51,457 bases of DNA from Nitrospirae bacterium MYbin3 (GTDB taxonomy: Bacteria; Nitrospirota; Thermodesulfovibrionia; Thermodesulfovibrionales; Dissulfurispiraceae), in NCBI GenBank assembly GCA_002753335.1, contig PEAD01000022.1:1-51457 (forward strand), read 5' to 3'. The notes beneath the pieces were generated by a model, which saw only the letters and a list, made by a program, of their open reading frames with translations, was not told the DNA's origin and ran no database searches. A program made the position numbers and the translations under genes. This document shows positions 1 through 8,597 of this stretch, piece after piece (position 1 is the first letter of the stretch; each line of letters begins with the position of its first letter).

Positions 1-647
1 TTGCATCGCATATGAGGAACCGTGTTTGGCAGAGCAACATTTCACTTTGGGAAGATGTTATCTCCAAAAGTCCTAACAAGGCCAGAGGATATGATTTTTT
101 AGGAACTGCATATTATCAGCGTGAAATATATGACAGGGCGCTTTTAAATTTTGATGCTGCTTTAAAAATGAACCCTAACTTTTATATGGCATACAATAAC
201 AGAGGGTTGCTTTTGGCGCGGACAGGCAACTTGATAAACGCAGTAGCTGATTTTGAAAGAGCTTTAAAGCTAAATCCATTATTTGTCGCTGCATATTACA
301 ACAGGGCTTTTGTTTATTCTCAGCTCGGAAACAATGATATGTCGATTGCGGATTACACTAATGCGATTTCTCTCAGGCCGAATTTTGCGGATGCCTACAA
401 TAACCGGGGCAATGTGTATCTGTTGTCAGGCAACTATGACAAAGCGATTTTGGACTATACTGCTGCTATTAATCTAATGAGGATAACAGGACACGAATTT
501 GCCTTGGCCCACTATAACAGGGGATTAAGTTTTTACAATACAAAAAGATTTGATATGGCCGCGCCGGATTTTGATAAGGCCTGTAAATCAGGCATAAATG
601 AGGGTTGTTTTAAGTTAAGGGAGATTGCAATAAGGCTGTTAAGATAA
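1..647 (+). CDS. Tetratricopeptide-repeat protein, C-terminal part (likely TMTC-like membrane protein; 5' end outside window)
   Basis: Frame is open to the left edge (gca tcg cat atg...). Tandem TPR motifs (AYNNRG, AYYNRA, AHYNRG) follow RNRVWQSNISLWEDVISKSPNKAR, typical of the TM-to-TPR junction of TMTC-like proteins. Confidence 0.8.
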   Translation, partial: ASHMRNRVWQSNISLWEDVISKSPNKARGYDFLGTAYYQREIYDRALLNFDAALKMNPNFYMAYNNRGLLLARTGNLINAVADFERALKLNPLFVAAYYNRAFVYSQLGNNDMSIADYTNAISLRPNFADAYNNRGNVYLLSGNYDKAILDYTAAINLMRITGHEFALAHYNRGLSFYNTKRFDMAAPDFDKACKSGINEGCFKLREIAIRLLR

Positions 648-782
648 TTTAAAAAAATGTTGAAAGAATTACTAGAATTTGAGGCCACTGAAAAAACCTA
701 GCATTGAGATTGCATAGTAAAAAAGGAGCAATCTGGAAATGTGGAAGGGTAGATGATAAAGAAACACCAAAGCCACATTAAG

Positions 783-1000
783 TGTAATCGCCAGGACTTA
801 ATCTGACAGCCCCTCAATTTTTAAGCCGCTGTCTGTAAAGTACAACGTCCAGCATTTTTTCTTTGGCCAAGGGCAACGAATCCTTAAAAGTCTGCATAGG
901 CGTTTTCCCATAGCAGTATTTGCCTGTGTGGGTTCGTTCCTCTTTATACTCATTCAACCACAGATCAAGGTCGCTCTGCAACTCTTCAAGTTTCTTTCTG
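783..1000 (-). mobile_element. IS481-family insertion sequence remnant (transposase C-terminus plus one terminal end)
   Basis: Manual minus-strand translation of 990..814 gives LEELQSDLDLWLNEYKEERTHTGKYCYGKTPMQTFKDSLPLAKEKML...N*, matching the IS481 C-terminal pattern. Downstream it ends TGTCAGATTAAGTCCTGGCGATTACA (TGT at 783 on +), fitting IS481 TGT...ACA termini. DDE core and other end are missing. Confidence 0.75.
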
Positions 1001-1135
1001 CAATCGGGCTTTTTAAAATCTTATAAATGGTGTAAATTATTACTGGAACTATGCATGCTGAAAATCAAGGTTAATATGTCCAAGATTTCACTTGACTTGC
1101 GTGAGTCTGCACTAAAATTCAAAATTGGAGGATAG

Positions 1136-1534
1136 ATGAACAATAACCATCAAGGTTGTTCATACAATGAGTCATTTCTCAGAAATACCAATTCACGGGA
1201 CCCTCGTTCCCCGGATCGGTAATGGCGTAGTAGTTTGCTTAAGCGATTCAAAGAACTGGGACAAAAGATGTCGCTTGACCATCATAGCCAAGGGGTGCTG
1301 ATTGTAGCAACCCTGTTTTTCTTGGTAATCAGGGCTTGGTGGTCACTTCTTGGTCTAATTTTATATGGAATCATGCACTTCCAATATGGTGGAACAGGTA
1401 CATTTCAGCATCCGTATAGGAATGATAGCCAAGAAGCGACAATTGCTGACGCGGTCTATTTAGTCATTGGTTTTTTTGGTTTAGTCATTATGCTTTGGGG
1501 GATAGCAAGACGTATTGCGGAAGTATTTGCATAA
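1136..1534 (+). pseudogene. Small membrane protein gene with an in-frame TAA at 1220-1222 (alternatively a shorter protein starting at 1235/1268)
   Basis: SD GGAGGA at 1127-1132 precedes ATG 1136, which is in the same frame as ORF 1235..1534 but separated from it by one TAA. The distal part has 2-3 hydrophobic segments. Confidence 0.5.
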
Positions 1535-1545
1535 TCGAACAAAAA

Positions 1546-1680
1546 GGGTCAATAACGCCCCGTGGTCTTGCCACGGGAACCGTGCGCAGTCGGGGGTGCA
1601 GGGCGTCGGAGCAAAGCGAAGACCCTTGCCGACCCACAGGGTCAACGCCCTGTGGTGTCGCCAGCGAGCGAAGCGAGTTT
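1546..1680. repeat. Cluster of GC-rich hairpins with an imperfect direct repeat (REP/MITE/IS-end-like)
   Basis: Hairpins CCCGTGG-tcttg-CCACGGG (1559-1577), GTCGG...CCGAC (1589-1633) and CCACAGGG-tcaacg-CCCTGTGG (1634-1655). Direct repeat gggtcaataacgccccgtggtcttgcca (1546) vs gggtcaacgccctgtggtgtcgcca (1639). GCGAGCGAAGCGAG at 1664-1677. Confidence 0.55.
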
Positions 1681-1870
1681 ATTTACATCAAGAAATTCGG
1701 CATAGATGCGCGCAAATTTGACCCGCCCCACATCAGTGTACCGCACTCAGGTTAGCATTTGAGCGGTTTGATGTCCTACCAGAACAATGGTCCAAATTGA
1801 AGTTGATAATTTTGTAAAAATTGACTGAAAGTTTTTAGCGAAAGTCCTTATTTTTTGTTGGAAGCAGATT

Positions 1871-2587
1871 GTGCGGATTAGTAGAGTATGCCGTGTAAAA
1901 CGTATGACTAGTCGGTTGAAGTCCGACCGTGGGAGTTCGGTAGCTCACCCACGTAGCTTGAGAAAGGTGCAAGGGGTAACCTGAAGCGCTAAGTTTTCTG
2001 ACAAAGGCTTCTATAAGGGAGTCGAGCAAACCTGTGGGTCGCAGCGAGAGCGAACCTAGATGTAGCCTCGAAACGTAAAATGGAGTTGTCGACCCTGTTC
2101 TACAAAGGGGAAGACCGCCGCATCTATCCTGACCATAACTACCGTAACCGATAGATGGACTTCCGGGGTATCAGGGGTGACACTCAGGGGCAGCCATACG
2201 ACAATGAACACGGGAGACCCTTGTCGATGCTGTGAGAGCAGCAACTGGTGGATATAAGAAAACGAAGTTTCACTAGGTCTGCAAGGGAGTCGGATTTGCC
2301 CATAGTACCGATATAATCCCAAAAGGACAACATAACCTCGGGAGAGGGAAGGGGCAATACCTTCATCATGCTTCTGAAAGAGAGACGGAAAGGAGATTGC
2401 GGTAACGCTATAAACTCCAAATGATTCCGAGATTTCTGGTGGGAGATATGCCAGAAGGCCAAGCGATAGCGAATGCCCCTGGAAGAAGATGATTGGAAAG
2501 CCGTATTCGGGAAAACTGAACGTACGGTTTGATGAGGGGGAACTGGAGATAGAGCATATTAGCCACTACGCCAGTTCTCTACTCTAC
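1871..2587 (+). ncRNA. Group II intron, ORF-less (IEP internally deleted)
   Basis: 5' GTGCG at 1871. Domain V AAGCCGTATTCGGGAAAACTGAACGTACGGTTT (~2498-2530) with AGC triad and AC bulge. Domain VI ends ...CTCTACTCTAC at 2587. Probable alpha-alpha' pair CGGTAG (1938-1943)/CTACCG (2139-2144). DIII-like GAGTCGGA...CATAGTACC...GGGAAGGGG. Domain IV is only ~100-120 nt with no RT ORF. Confidence 0.9.
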
Positions 2588-3014
2588 AGGCATTCGCATC
2601 CAATCAGCAGGAGCCTGAACTCTATCCTTTCCGCTGATAATCAATCAATATTTCTACCAAAAATTTCTAAAGGAAGTTTGGGCCGCAAAATCTTAATCGC
2701 TGAAAGACCGGTGCCGATATTTTCCAGAGACTATAAATATTGAAAAGAAATATTGATAGACAGTCACAACCTCACCGTTGCAAACTTCTGAGTTATTTTT
2801 TTGCTCATCTTATAACCCATTATAATTGAGTGATGATTACCCTCTATATTATGGAATATTGGGCATTTTTTAGGCCCTGAATTTTGCAATTATCTCCAAA
2901 CAACTTTATTTAAACTTTGAAAAATAAAGATTTTCATAACATATTGTTTTTATGTATAAATTAAATAATTACTACTATACAACTTTATTTTAAATGCACA
3001 TTTGGATGCTTCAT

Positions 3015-6000
3015 TCATTTGCTGTCACACCATTCGCGCGCATTTTGGAAAATTTTAAGCCATGGCGATGCTTTAAGGTTAGATTTCATATCTTCCGGCA
3101 TCCAGCCCCACTGCCATTTAAGAGCAACCCTTTCCGGGTGTGGCATCATTGCAAGATGTCTGCCGTCGGGGCTGCATAATCCGGCGATGCCGAGCGGCGA
3201 GCCGTTAGGATTGAATGGATACTTTTCTGTGACCTCTCCATTGTCGTCAACATATCTGATAGGCGCGAGCTTTTTTGATCTGACTTCATTTAGTATGGTT
3301 TTGTCCGGGAAGTGAGCGCGGCCTTCACCGTGCGCTGTCCATATTCCAAGAGTAGAGCCTTCCATGCCATGCAGCATAATCGAAGGGCTTTCGAGGATTT
3401 TTATTGTTGAAAATCTTGATTCGAACCTGCCTGACTTATTATGTATAAATCTGGGCTGCGACTTGCCGGCAATTCCTTGCCAAGGAACCCATCCGAGCAG
3501 CGCCGCAAGCTGGCAGCCGTTGCAAACACCCAGGCTGAAGGTGTCTGTTCTTTGATAAAACTTATGGAACTGTTCGTACAGCTTGTTGTTAAATCGTATT
3601 GTGCCTGCCCATCCTTTTGCCGAATCAAAAACATCGGCGTAACTAAACCCGCCTACAAATACAACACCTTTGAAGTCGTTAAGTGAAGCGTGTTCTTCTA
3701 TAAGATCGGTCATCGTAACATCCCATGAATCAAAGCCGGCCATGAAAAATGATGACGACATTTCCCTGTCACCGTTGCTGCCCTCTTCCCTGATTATCGC
3801 CACAGCTGGCTTTGTTTTTTTCTTGATGATTACCTCTGGAGTTTGTTCGGGCTCGAAGGTGACAACGTAATCAGGGCCTTTCCGGTCGTAATTTATCTCC
3901 TTCTCTTCAAGGACGCATTCCGGATTTGCCTGAAGCATTTCTAGATGATAGCTTGTCTCCTCCCATAATGCCCTGAGTCGGCGCATATCTTCATCCAAAA
4001 CAACTTCATCGTTTATGCTGAGTACAATCCTCTTTTGTTGAATAGTGTGGCCTATAATTGTGAAGGGCACAAATAGCTTGTCAAAGGCAGCCATGACATC
4101 GCTTTCCTTTTCGGTTTCGTACTCTATTACAAGACCGAGCTCTTCAGCAAAAAGCATGCGTATTGTGTCTTGCATGTTGATAATTTTCTTAGTGTATGAA
4201 AGCTCAATTTCGATACCGCAGTTGCCGGCAAAAGCCATTTCGAGCAATGTCGTAACAAGACCGCCGTCGCTCCTGTCATGTCCTGCAAGTATAAGATCCT
4301 GATCGATTAAATACTGAACAACATTGAAGGCATCCTTCAACTGCTGCGGGCTGTCCACATCAGGGCAATCATCTCCGACCTGTTTGTAGCAGTGGGCCAA
4401 AGAAGAGCCTCCGAGCCTGTTTTTTCCATTGCCTAAATCAACGTATATAAGGCTGCTTTTCCCGGGCATCTTTATATCAGGAGTCACAACTTTGGTTATG
4501 TCCGGACAGGAGGCGTATGCCGAAATCACGAGTGTTCCGGGGGATTTTACCGTTTCTGCATCGTCTGCGCCGTGTGCAACTTTCGCCGCCATAGAGAGGC
4601 TGTCTTTACCTCCATCAACCGCGATGCCCAGCTCGATCATCAAATCTTTCATAGATACTGCGGCATCATAGAGCTTTGCTCCCTCTCCCGGGAGCTTTGG
4701 CGCCCACATCCAGTTTCCGGAACATTTTATATCTCTCAGCGCTGTTATTCTCGCCCATACAATATTGGTCAAAGCCTCGCCAACACTCATCCTTGCCATA
4801 GCCGACGGGTCTATCAATCCCTTTATAGGCTGTTCGCCTATTGATATTGCCGCACCAGTATAAGCTTTGTCCGCAATAAAATGGCTTTGCGAAATCACCG
4901 CAACATTAGAAAGCGAAAGCTGAAGAGGACCTACGCACTGCTGTCTTGCGATAAGGCCAGTAACCGAGCGGTCCACTTTGTTGGTAAGAAATCTTTTTGA
5001 GCCAACAGATACCAGTTTTAACACTCTTTCTAGTGCGTCCATGATGGTTATATTGTCGGGTAGGTGCAGAGGCTGTATGTGGACAAACACTCTTTCGAGG
5101 TTGAATGTTTTTCTCGGCATCTCGCCGAGCACCTGATCAAGGTTAAGATTTACCGGGATTGAACTGTCTTCTTCATCAAAAAGAGTGATGTTTCCGTCTC
5201 CGGTTATTTTTCCTATAACAGCCACCGGAACCTTTTCTCTTGAACAAAGATCCTTGAACGCCCTTGCCTTGCTTTCATGGATCAAAAGCGCATCCTGTTC
5301 CTGATATTCGGCGCCCCAGATTTCAAGCACAGACAGTGTGTTATCGCCTATGATTATTTTTCTTATCTCGATTCTTCCGCCCGCAGGATAAATAATTTCT
5401 TTTACCACATTGCAGTTTCCGCCGGCGCCCTGATCATGAATACTGATGATAGGGTTGCTGTCGCCAAGTTCTACGCAGGTTCTTATGACCCTGTTGACCT
5501 TCTGCTCCATTTCTCGGTCGCCGCGCTGCACCGCATTGAAATCGAGCTCTTCGACATTCTCTCCCTGTATCATGCTTGATGCAGCGCCTCCGCCCATGCC
5601 TATCCTGTAGGCAGGACCTCCTATCTTGACCACCGCCATTCCTTTTTCTGGTTCGTTTTTAGCGATATGTCTGGCATCTATCTGCCCAACGCCGCCGGTG
5701 AACATTATAGGCTTCAGCCATTCACTGCGCTCTCCATCAGGAAGCCTCAGCCCGAAGGAGCGTGTGAAACCCTGAATAAGCGGCTCCCCGAATTTATTTC
5801 CGTAATCAGAGGCCCCATTGCTTGCATCTATAAGTATTTGAAGAGGAAGCGCCAAATTTTTCGGATACATAAGCGAGCCGTGCTCCCACTGCAGTGGGTA
5901 GTTGGGGAGAAATAGATTGCCTACGCAATACGCAGCGGTGCCGGCAACAACGAGAGAGCCTTTTCCTGTGGCATGAACATCTCTTATTCTCCCTCCGGTG

Positions 6001-6986
6001 CCTGTTTCGGCGCCAGGAAACGGAGCTATGCCTGACGGAAAATTATGCGTCTCGGCCGTAAATATCAGGTGATAGTTTAAATCGGTTTTCTTGAAATGCG
6101 ACGGCCCTCTTGGGTTTGATGGAATTATGGTGCTAATCTTAAAGCCTTTAATGGCGCTGGAATTATCTTTGAACGCGATGATGCTGTTGCCCGGATTGCG
6201 TCTGTGGGGTTCTTTGACTATCTGCATAAGGCTGCCGGAAGCTTCTTTGCCGTCTATAAACAGCCTGCCGCTGAAAAACCAGTGGCGTGAATGCTCGCTG
6301 TTGGACTGGCTGAGGTCGAAGCATTCCACATTGGTTGGATTCCTTCCGAGCTCTTTTGTAAAAAGATGGAAATAATAGTCTATATCCCAATCATCGAGGC
6401 CGAGCCCCATTTTTTTATTAATGCTTATAAGGGCAGACTTGCCCTCTTCTATAACAGGAATGTTGAATACTCGTTCAGGCTTTATGCCGGTTTCGAATGT
6501 TGTGATGGGTTCGGGATATTCGCATTCGGTCATCCTGTCATGCACTAAGGCAAGAAACTCAGTCCTTTGGATTTTTATATCCTGAGGGAGGATGACCCTG
6601 TATCTGCGCGAGCGCTCAATGCGCTTTATTTTTTTCAATCCGCAGGCATGGCAAATGGATACCGCATTAGTTGACCAAGCCGTAGAAAAGTTCATTCTCG
6701 GGCCTACTTCGAAAAGCTCAGTCTTATGTCCTTTAGGGGCTTTTTTGCCGAAAAGGCTGTTTTCCGAAAAGCTTTCTGGTTCGAAGGTTTCTGAAAGCAG
6801 CCAGCGCAGGGTTTCTGTTTCTGAATCGCTGAGCGCAGCCGAAACCTCTGCATTAAAACAGTATTCACTTTCTATTTCCTGAACTTCTATTCCGGTGCGC
6901 TCTTTCAACGCTTTTGCCAGAATGTTTTTCTTATAGTCCGAAAGTGCTGGCGCACGATAAAAACGAATAATTTTGCTTTGAGGCAT
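3015..6986 (-). CDS. purL: Phosphoribosylformylglycinamidine synthase, large single-chain form
   Basis: 1323 aa with SQSNSEHSRHWFF, AETHNFP, DQGAGGNCN, GGKDSLSM and C-terminal glutaminase motifs GVCNGCQ and MPHPER. Confidence 0.97.
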   Translation of the reverse strand: MPQSKIIRFYRAPALSDYKKNILAKALKERTGIEVQEIESEYCFNAEVSAALSDSETETLRWLLSETFEPESFSENSLFGKKAPKGHKTELFEVGPRMNFSTAWSTNAVSICHACGLKKIKRIERSRRYRVILPQDIKIQRTEFLALVHDRMTECEYPEPITTFETGIKPERVFNIPVIEEGKSALISINKKMGLGLDDWDIDYYFHLFTKELGRNPTNVECFDLSQSNSEHSRHWFFSGRLFIDGKEASGSLMQIVKEPHRRNPGNSIIAFKDNSSAIKGFKISTIIPSNPRGPSHFKKTDLNYHLIFTAETHNFPSGIAPFPGAETGTGGRIRDVHATGKGSLVVAGTAAYCVGNLFLPNYPLQWEHGSLMYPKNLALPLQILIDASNGASDYGNKFGEPLIQGFTRSFGLRLPDGERSEWLKPIMFTGGVGQIDARHIAKNEPEKGMAVVKIGGPAYRIGMGGGAASSMIQGENVEELDFNAVQRGDREMEQKVNRVIRTCVELGDSNPIISIHDQGAGGNCNVVKEIIYPAGGRIEIRKIIIGDNTLSVLEIWGAEYQEQDALLIHESKARAFKDLCSREKVPVAVIGKITGDGNITLFDEEDSSIPVNLNLDQVLGEMPRKTFNLERVFVHIQPLHLPDNITIMDALERVLKLVSVGSKRFLTNKVDRSVTGLIARQQCVGPLQLSLSNVAVISQSHFIADKAYTGAAISIGEQPIKGLIDPSAMARMSVGEALTNIVWARITALRDIKCSGNWMWAPKLPGEGAKLYDAAVSMKDLMIELGIAVDGGKDSLSMAAKVAHGADDAETVKSPGTLVISAYASCPDITKVVTPDIKMPGKSSLIYVDLGNGKNRLGGSSLAHCYKQVGDDCPDVDSPQQLKDAFNVVQYLIDQDLILAGHDRSDGGLVTTLLEMAFAGNCGIEIELSYTKKIINMQDTIRMLFAEELGLVIEYETEKESDVMAAFDKLFVPFTIIGHTIQQKRIVLSINDEVVLDEDMRRLRALWEETSYHLEMLQANPECVLEEKEINYDRKGPDYVVTFEPEQTPEVIIKKKTKPAVAIIREEGSNGDREMSSSFFMAGFDSWDVTMTDLIEEHASLNDFKGVVFVGGFSYADVFDSAKGWAGTIRFNNKLYEQFHKFYQRTDTFSLGVCNGCQLAALLGWVPWQGIAGKSQPRFIHNKSGRFESRFSTIKILESPSIMLHGMEGSTLGIWTAHGEGRAHFPDKTILNEVRSKKLAPIRYVDDNGEVTEKYPFNPNGSPLGIAGLCSPDGRHLAMMPHPERVALKWQWGWMPEDMKSNLKASPWLKIFQNAREWCDSK

Positions 6987-7187
6987 TGTTGAGGTTCTCC
7001 TTGAGTTTGCGTAAGAGTTCTATAATTTTACCACATCGGCTGGGTTGTGGTGGCGGTTGAGATATGACATAGACATTTCCAGGCAGACAGCAATGCTCTT
7101 TCCCCATTCTTATTTCAATAAATCAATCTTTGTTTTTGCCGAGAAATGGTCATTTTTTTGTTTGTTGAATGTTGTATCATTAAGTTT

Positions 7188-8597
7188 ATGGAAAAACGGT
7201 TTGTAATATTTCCATTTGGTGTGATAGAAGGATTGCTTTTTGTTGCGGTAGCGTTGTTGTCGAGTTTATTGCTTGCAGGGCCTTATTATATGTTTGCTAT
7301 TGTTCCGGCGCTTATACCTCTTGCATTGTATTTCTTCAGCAGATTCCCTAATATCGCATATTTCATAGTTGTTTTTATGATCCCGCTTGGGGCATTTAGG
7401 GCCCTCGGAGGCGGTGATACTAAGCTTTTAAATATATCGTGGCTGCTCGGTTTATTCTTGATGGGATTTTTGTTTTATAAGGTTATTATCGGGAAGGAGC
7501 CTGTTGCAAGCCTTAAATCCAACCTTTGGCCGCTTATAGGGATTTATTTTGTAGTAAACATAATTTCTGCCTTTATGTCTTCGTTTCCAGAAACCTCTTT
7601 TGACAATATTCGTCTTTCGGTGGTTGCGTATATTTTTGTACTTTTGAGCGTTTATTTTGCATCTTCCGAAAAGGCATATGTAAGAAATATTCCACTTATA
7701 CTTATAGCGAGCATAACCTTAAACTCTTTTCTCGGAGTTATAGGAAATCTTTTTAACATCGAGATGTTTGCAATAGAACATGCTAAATTTACGCGTAGTC
7801 GCGGCGGCACTATTGATCCAAACAACTTCTCTCTTATGGCTATATTCAGTTTGCCGTTGATAGTGAATGGTTTATCTTTCTGGAAAGGCCGTTTGATAAA
7901 AGTTTTTCTTATAGGCGCGTTTATCACTAACATTCTAGGTATTGTTTTTACTTTTTCAAGAGGCGGAGCAATGATGATGTTTTTTGTTGTAGGAGCTCTT
8001 TTTATAAATTATATTCGCAAGCTGCCTTCGAGAAAAATCGGGGTTGCTATAGCCATGATCGGGCTGATTTCATCGATTGTGATTGCCGTAATTCCACCGT
8101 CATTTTGGGAACGGCAGCAAACGCTCTTTGCCGAGAAGAAGGATTCCTCGCTCGGAAGAAGGACTTCATATATTTATGTGGCTGCCGATGCAATAAAAGA
8201 AAATCCTATTCTTGGCTCCGGCCCGGGCTCTTTTAGAGACATATTCTCCGAATCGGATTACGCTGAGATGTATCACCGCGAAGGAGACACTAAAAGGCGT
8301 TTTGCGCATAATACATATCTTGAAGTTTTGGTGGGAACAGGAATAGTCGGAGGTGCGATGTTTTTGTGGATTCTACAGCGGGCTATCAGAAATTTCATTG
8401 AAGCGATGAAGAATTTTGATATTGCAGGACGTTACGAAATATCGGCAGCAACAAAAGCATATCTTTTTTCTTTTGGCACGCTTCTTTTGTACCTGATGAT
8501 TTTCAGCGAAATGTACCACAAATATTTTCTTTTGTCACTTGCGTTATCTCAGGCTGCGCTTAATATTTCAAGGGATAAGGCAGTTTCCGGCAAATGA
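7188..8597 (+). CDS. O-antigen ligase / Wzy polymerase family membrane protein
   Basis: About 12 TM segments, TFSRGG, IKENPILGSGPGSF and AHNTYLEVLVGTGIVG motifs. Start ATG 7188 preferred over 7146. Confidence 0.85.
   Translation: MEKRFVIFPFGVIEGLLFVAVALLSSLLLAGPYYMFAIVPALIPLALYFFSRFPNIAYFIVVFMIPLGAFRALGGGDTKLLNISWLLGLFLMGFLFYKVIIGKEPVASLKSNLWPLIGIYFVVNIISAFMSSFPETSFDNIRLSVVAYIFVLLSVYFASSEKAYVRNIPLILIASITLNSFLGVIGNLFNIEMFAIEHAKFTRSRGGTIDPNNFSLMAIFSLPLIVNGLSFWKGRLIKVFLIGAFITNILGIVFTFSRGGAMMMFFVVGALFINYIRKLPSRKIGVAIAMIGLISSIVIAVIPPSFWERQQTLFAEKKDSSLGRRTSYIYVAADAIKENPILGSGPGSFRDIFSESDYAEMYHREGDTKRRFAHNTYLEVLVGTGIVGGAMFLWILQRAIRNFIEAMKNFDIAGRYEISAATKAYLFSFGTLLLYLMIFSEMYHKYFLLSLALSQAALNISRDKAVSGK

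Noticed and set aside
920..1135. 71-aa plus-strand ORF
   Set aside because: Overlaps the IS481 remnant antisense, TTG start without SD, no motifs.
1532..1760. Integron attC site after the small membrane gene
   Set aside because: No properly matched RYYYAAC/GTTRRRY core pair at a suitable spacing, and no integrase in the window.
1835..2462. Short minus-strand ORFs across the intron
   Set aside because: Antisense to structured intron RNA, with no RT or other motifs.
2489..2743. 84-aa ORF starting MIGKPYSGKLNVRFDEG
   Set aside because: It is a translation of intron domains V-VI and the flank, not a real protein.
1750..2820. Possible host gene restored by intron splicing
   Set aside because: Joining the flanks gave only short, stop-interrupted frames with no recognisable protein in the frames I translated.
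6987..7187. Purine/ZTP riboswitch upstream of purL
   Set aside because: No recognisable aptamer consensus. It appears to be an ordinary divergent promoter region.
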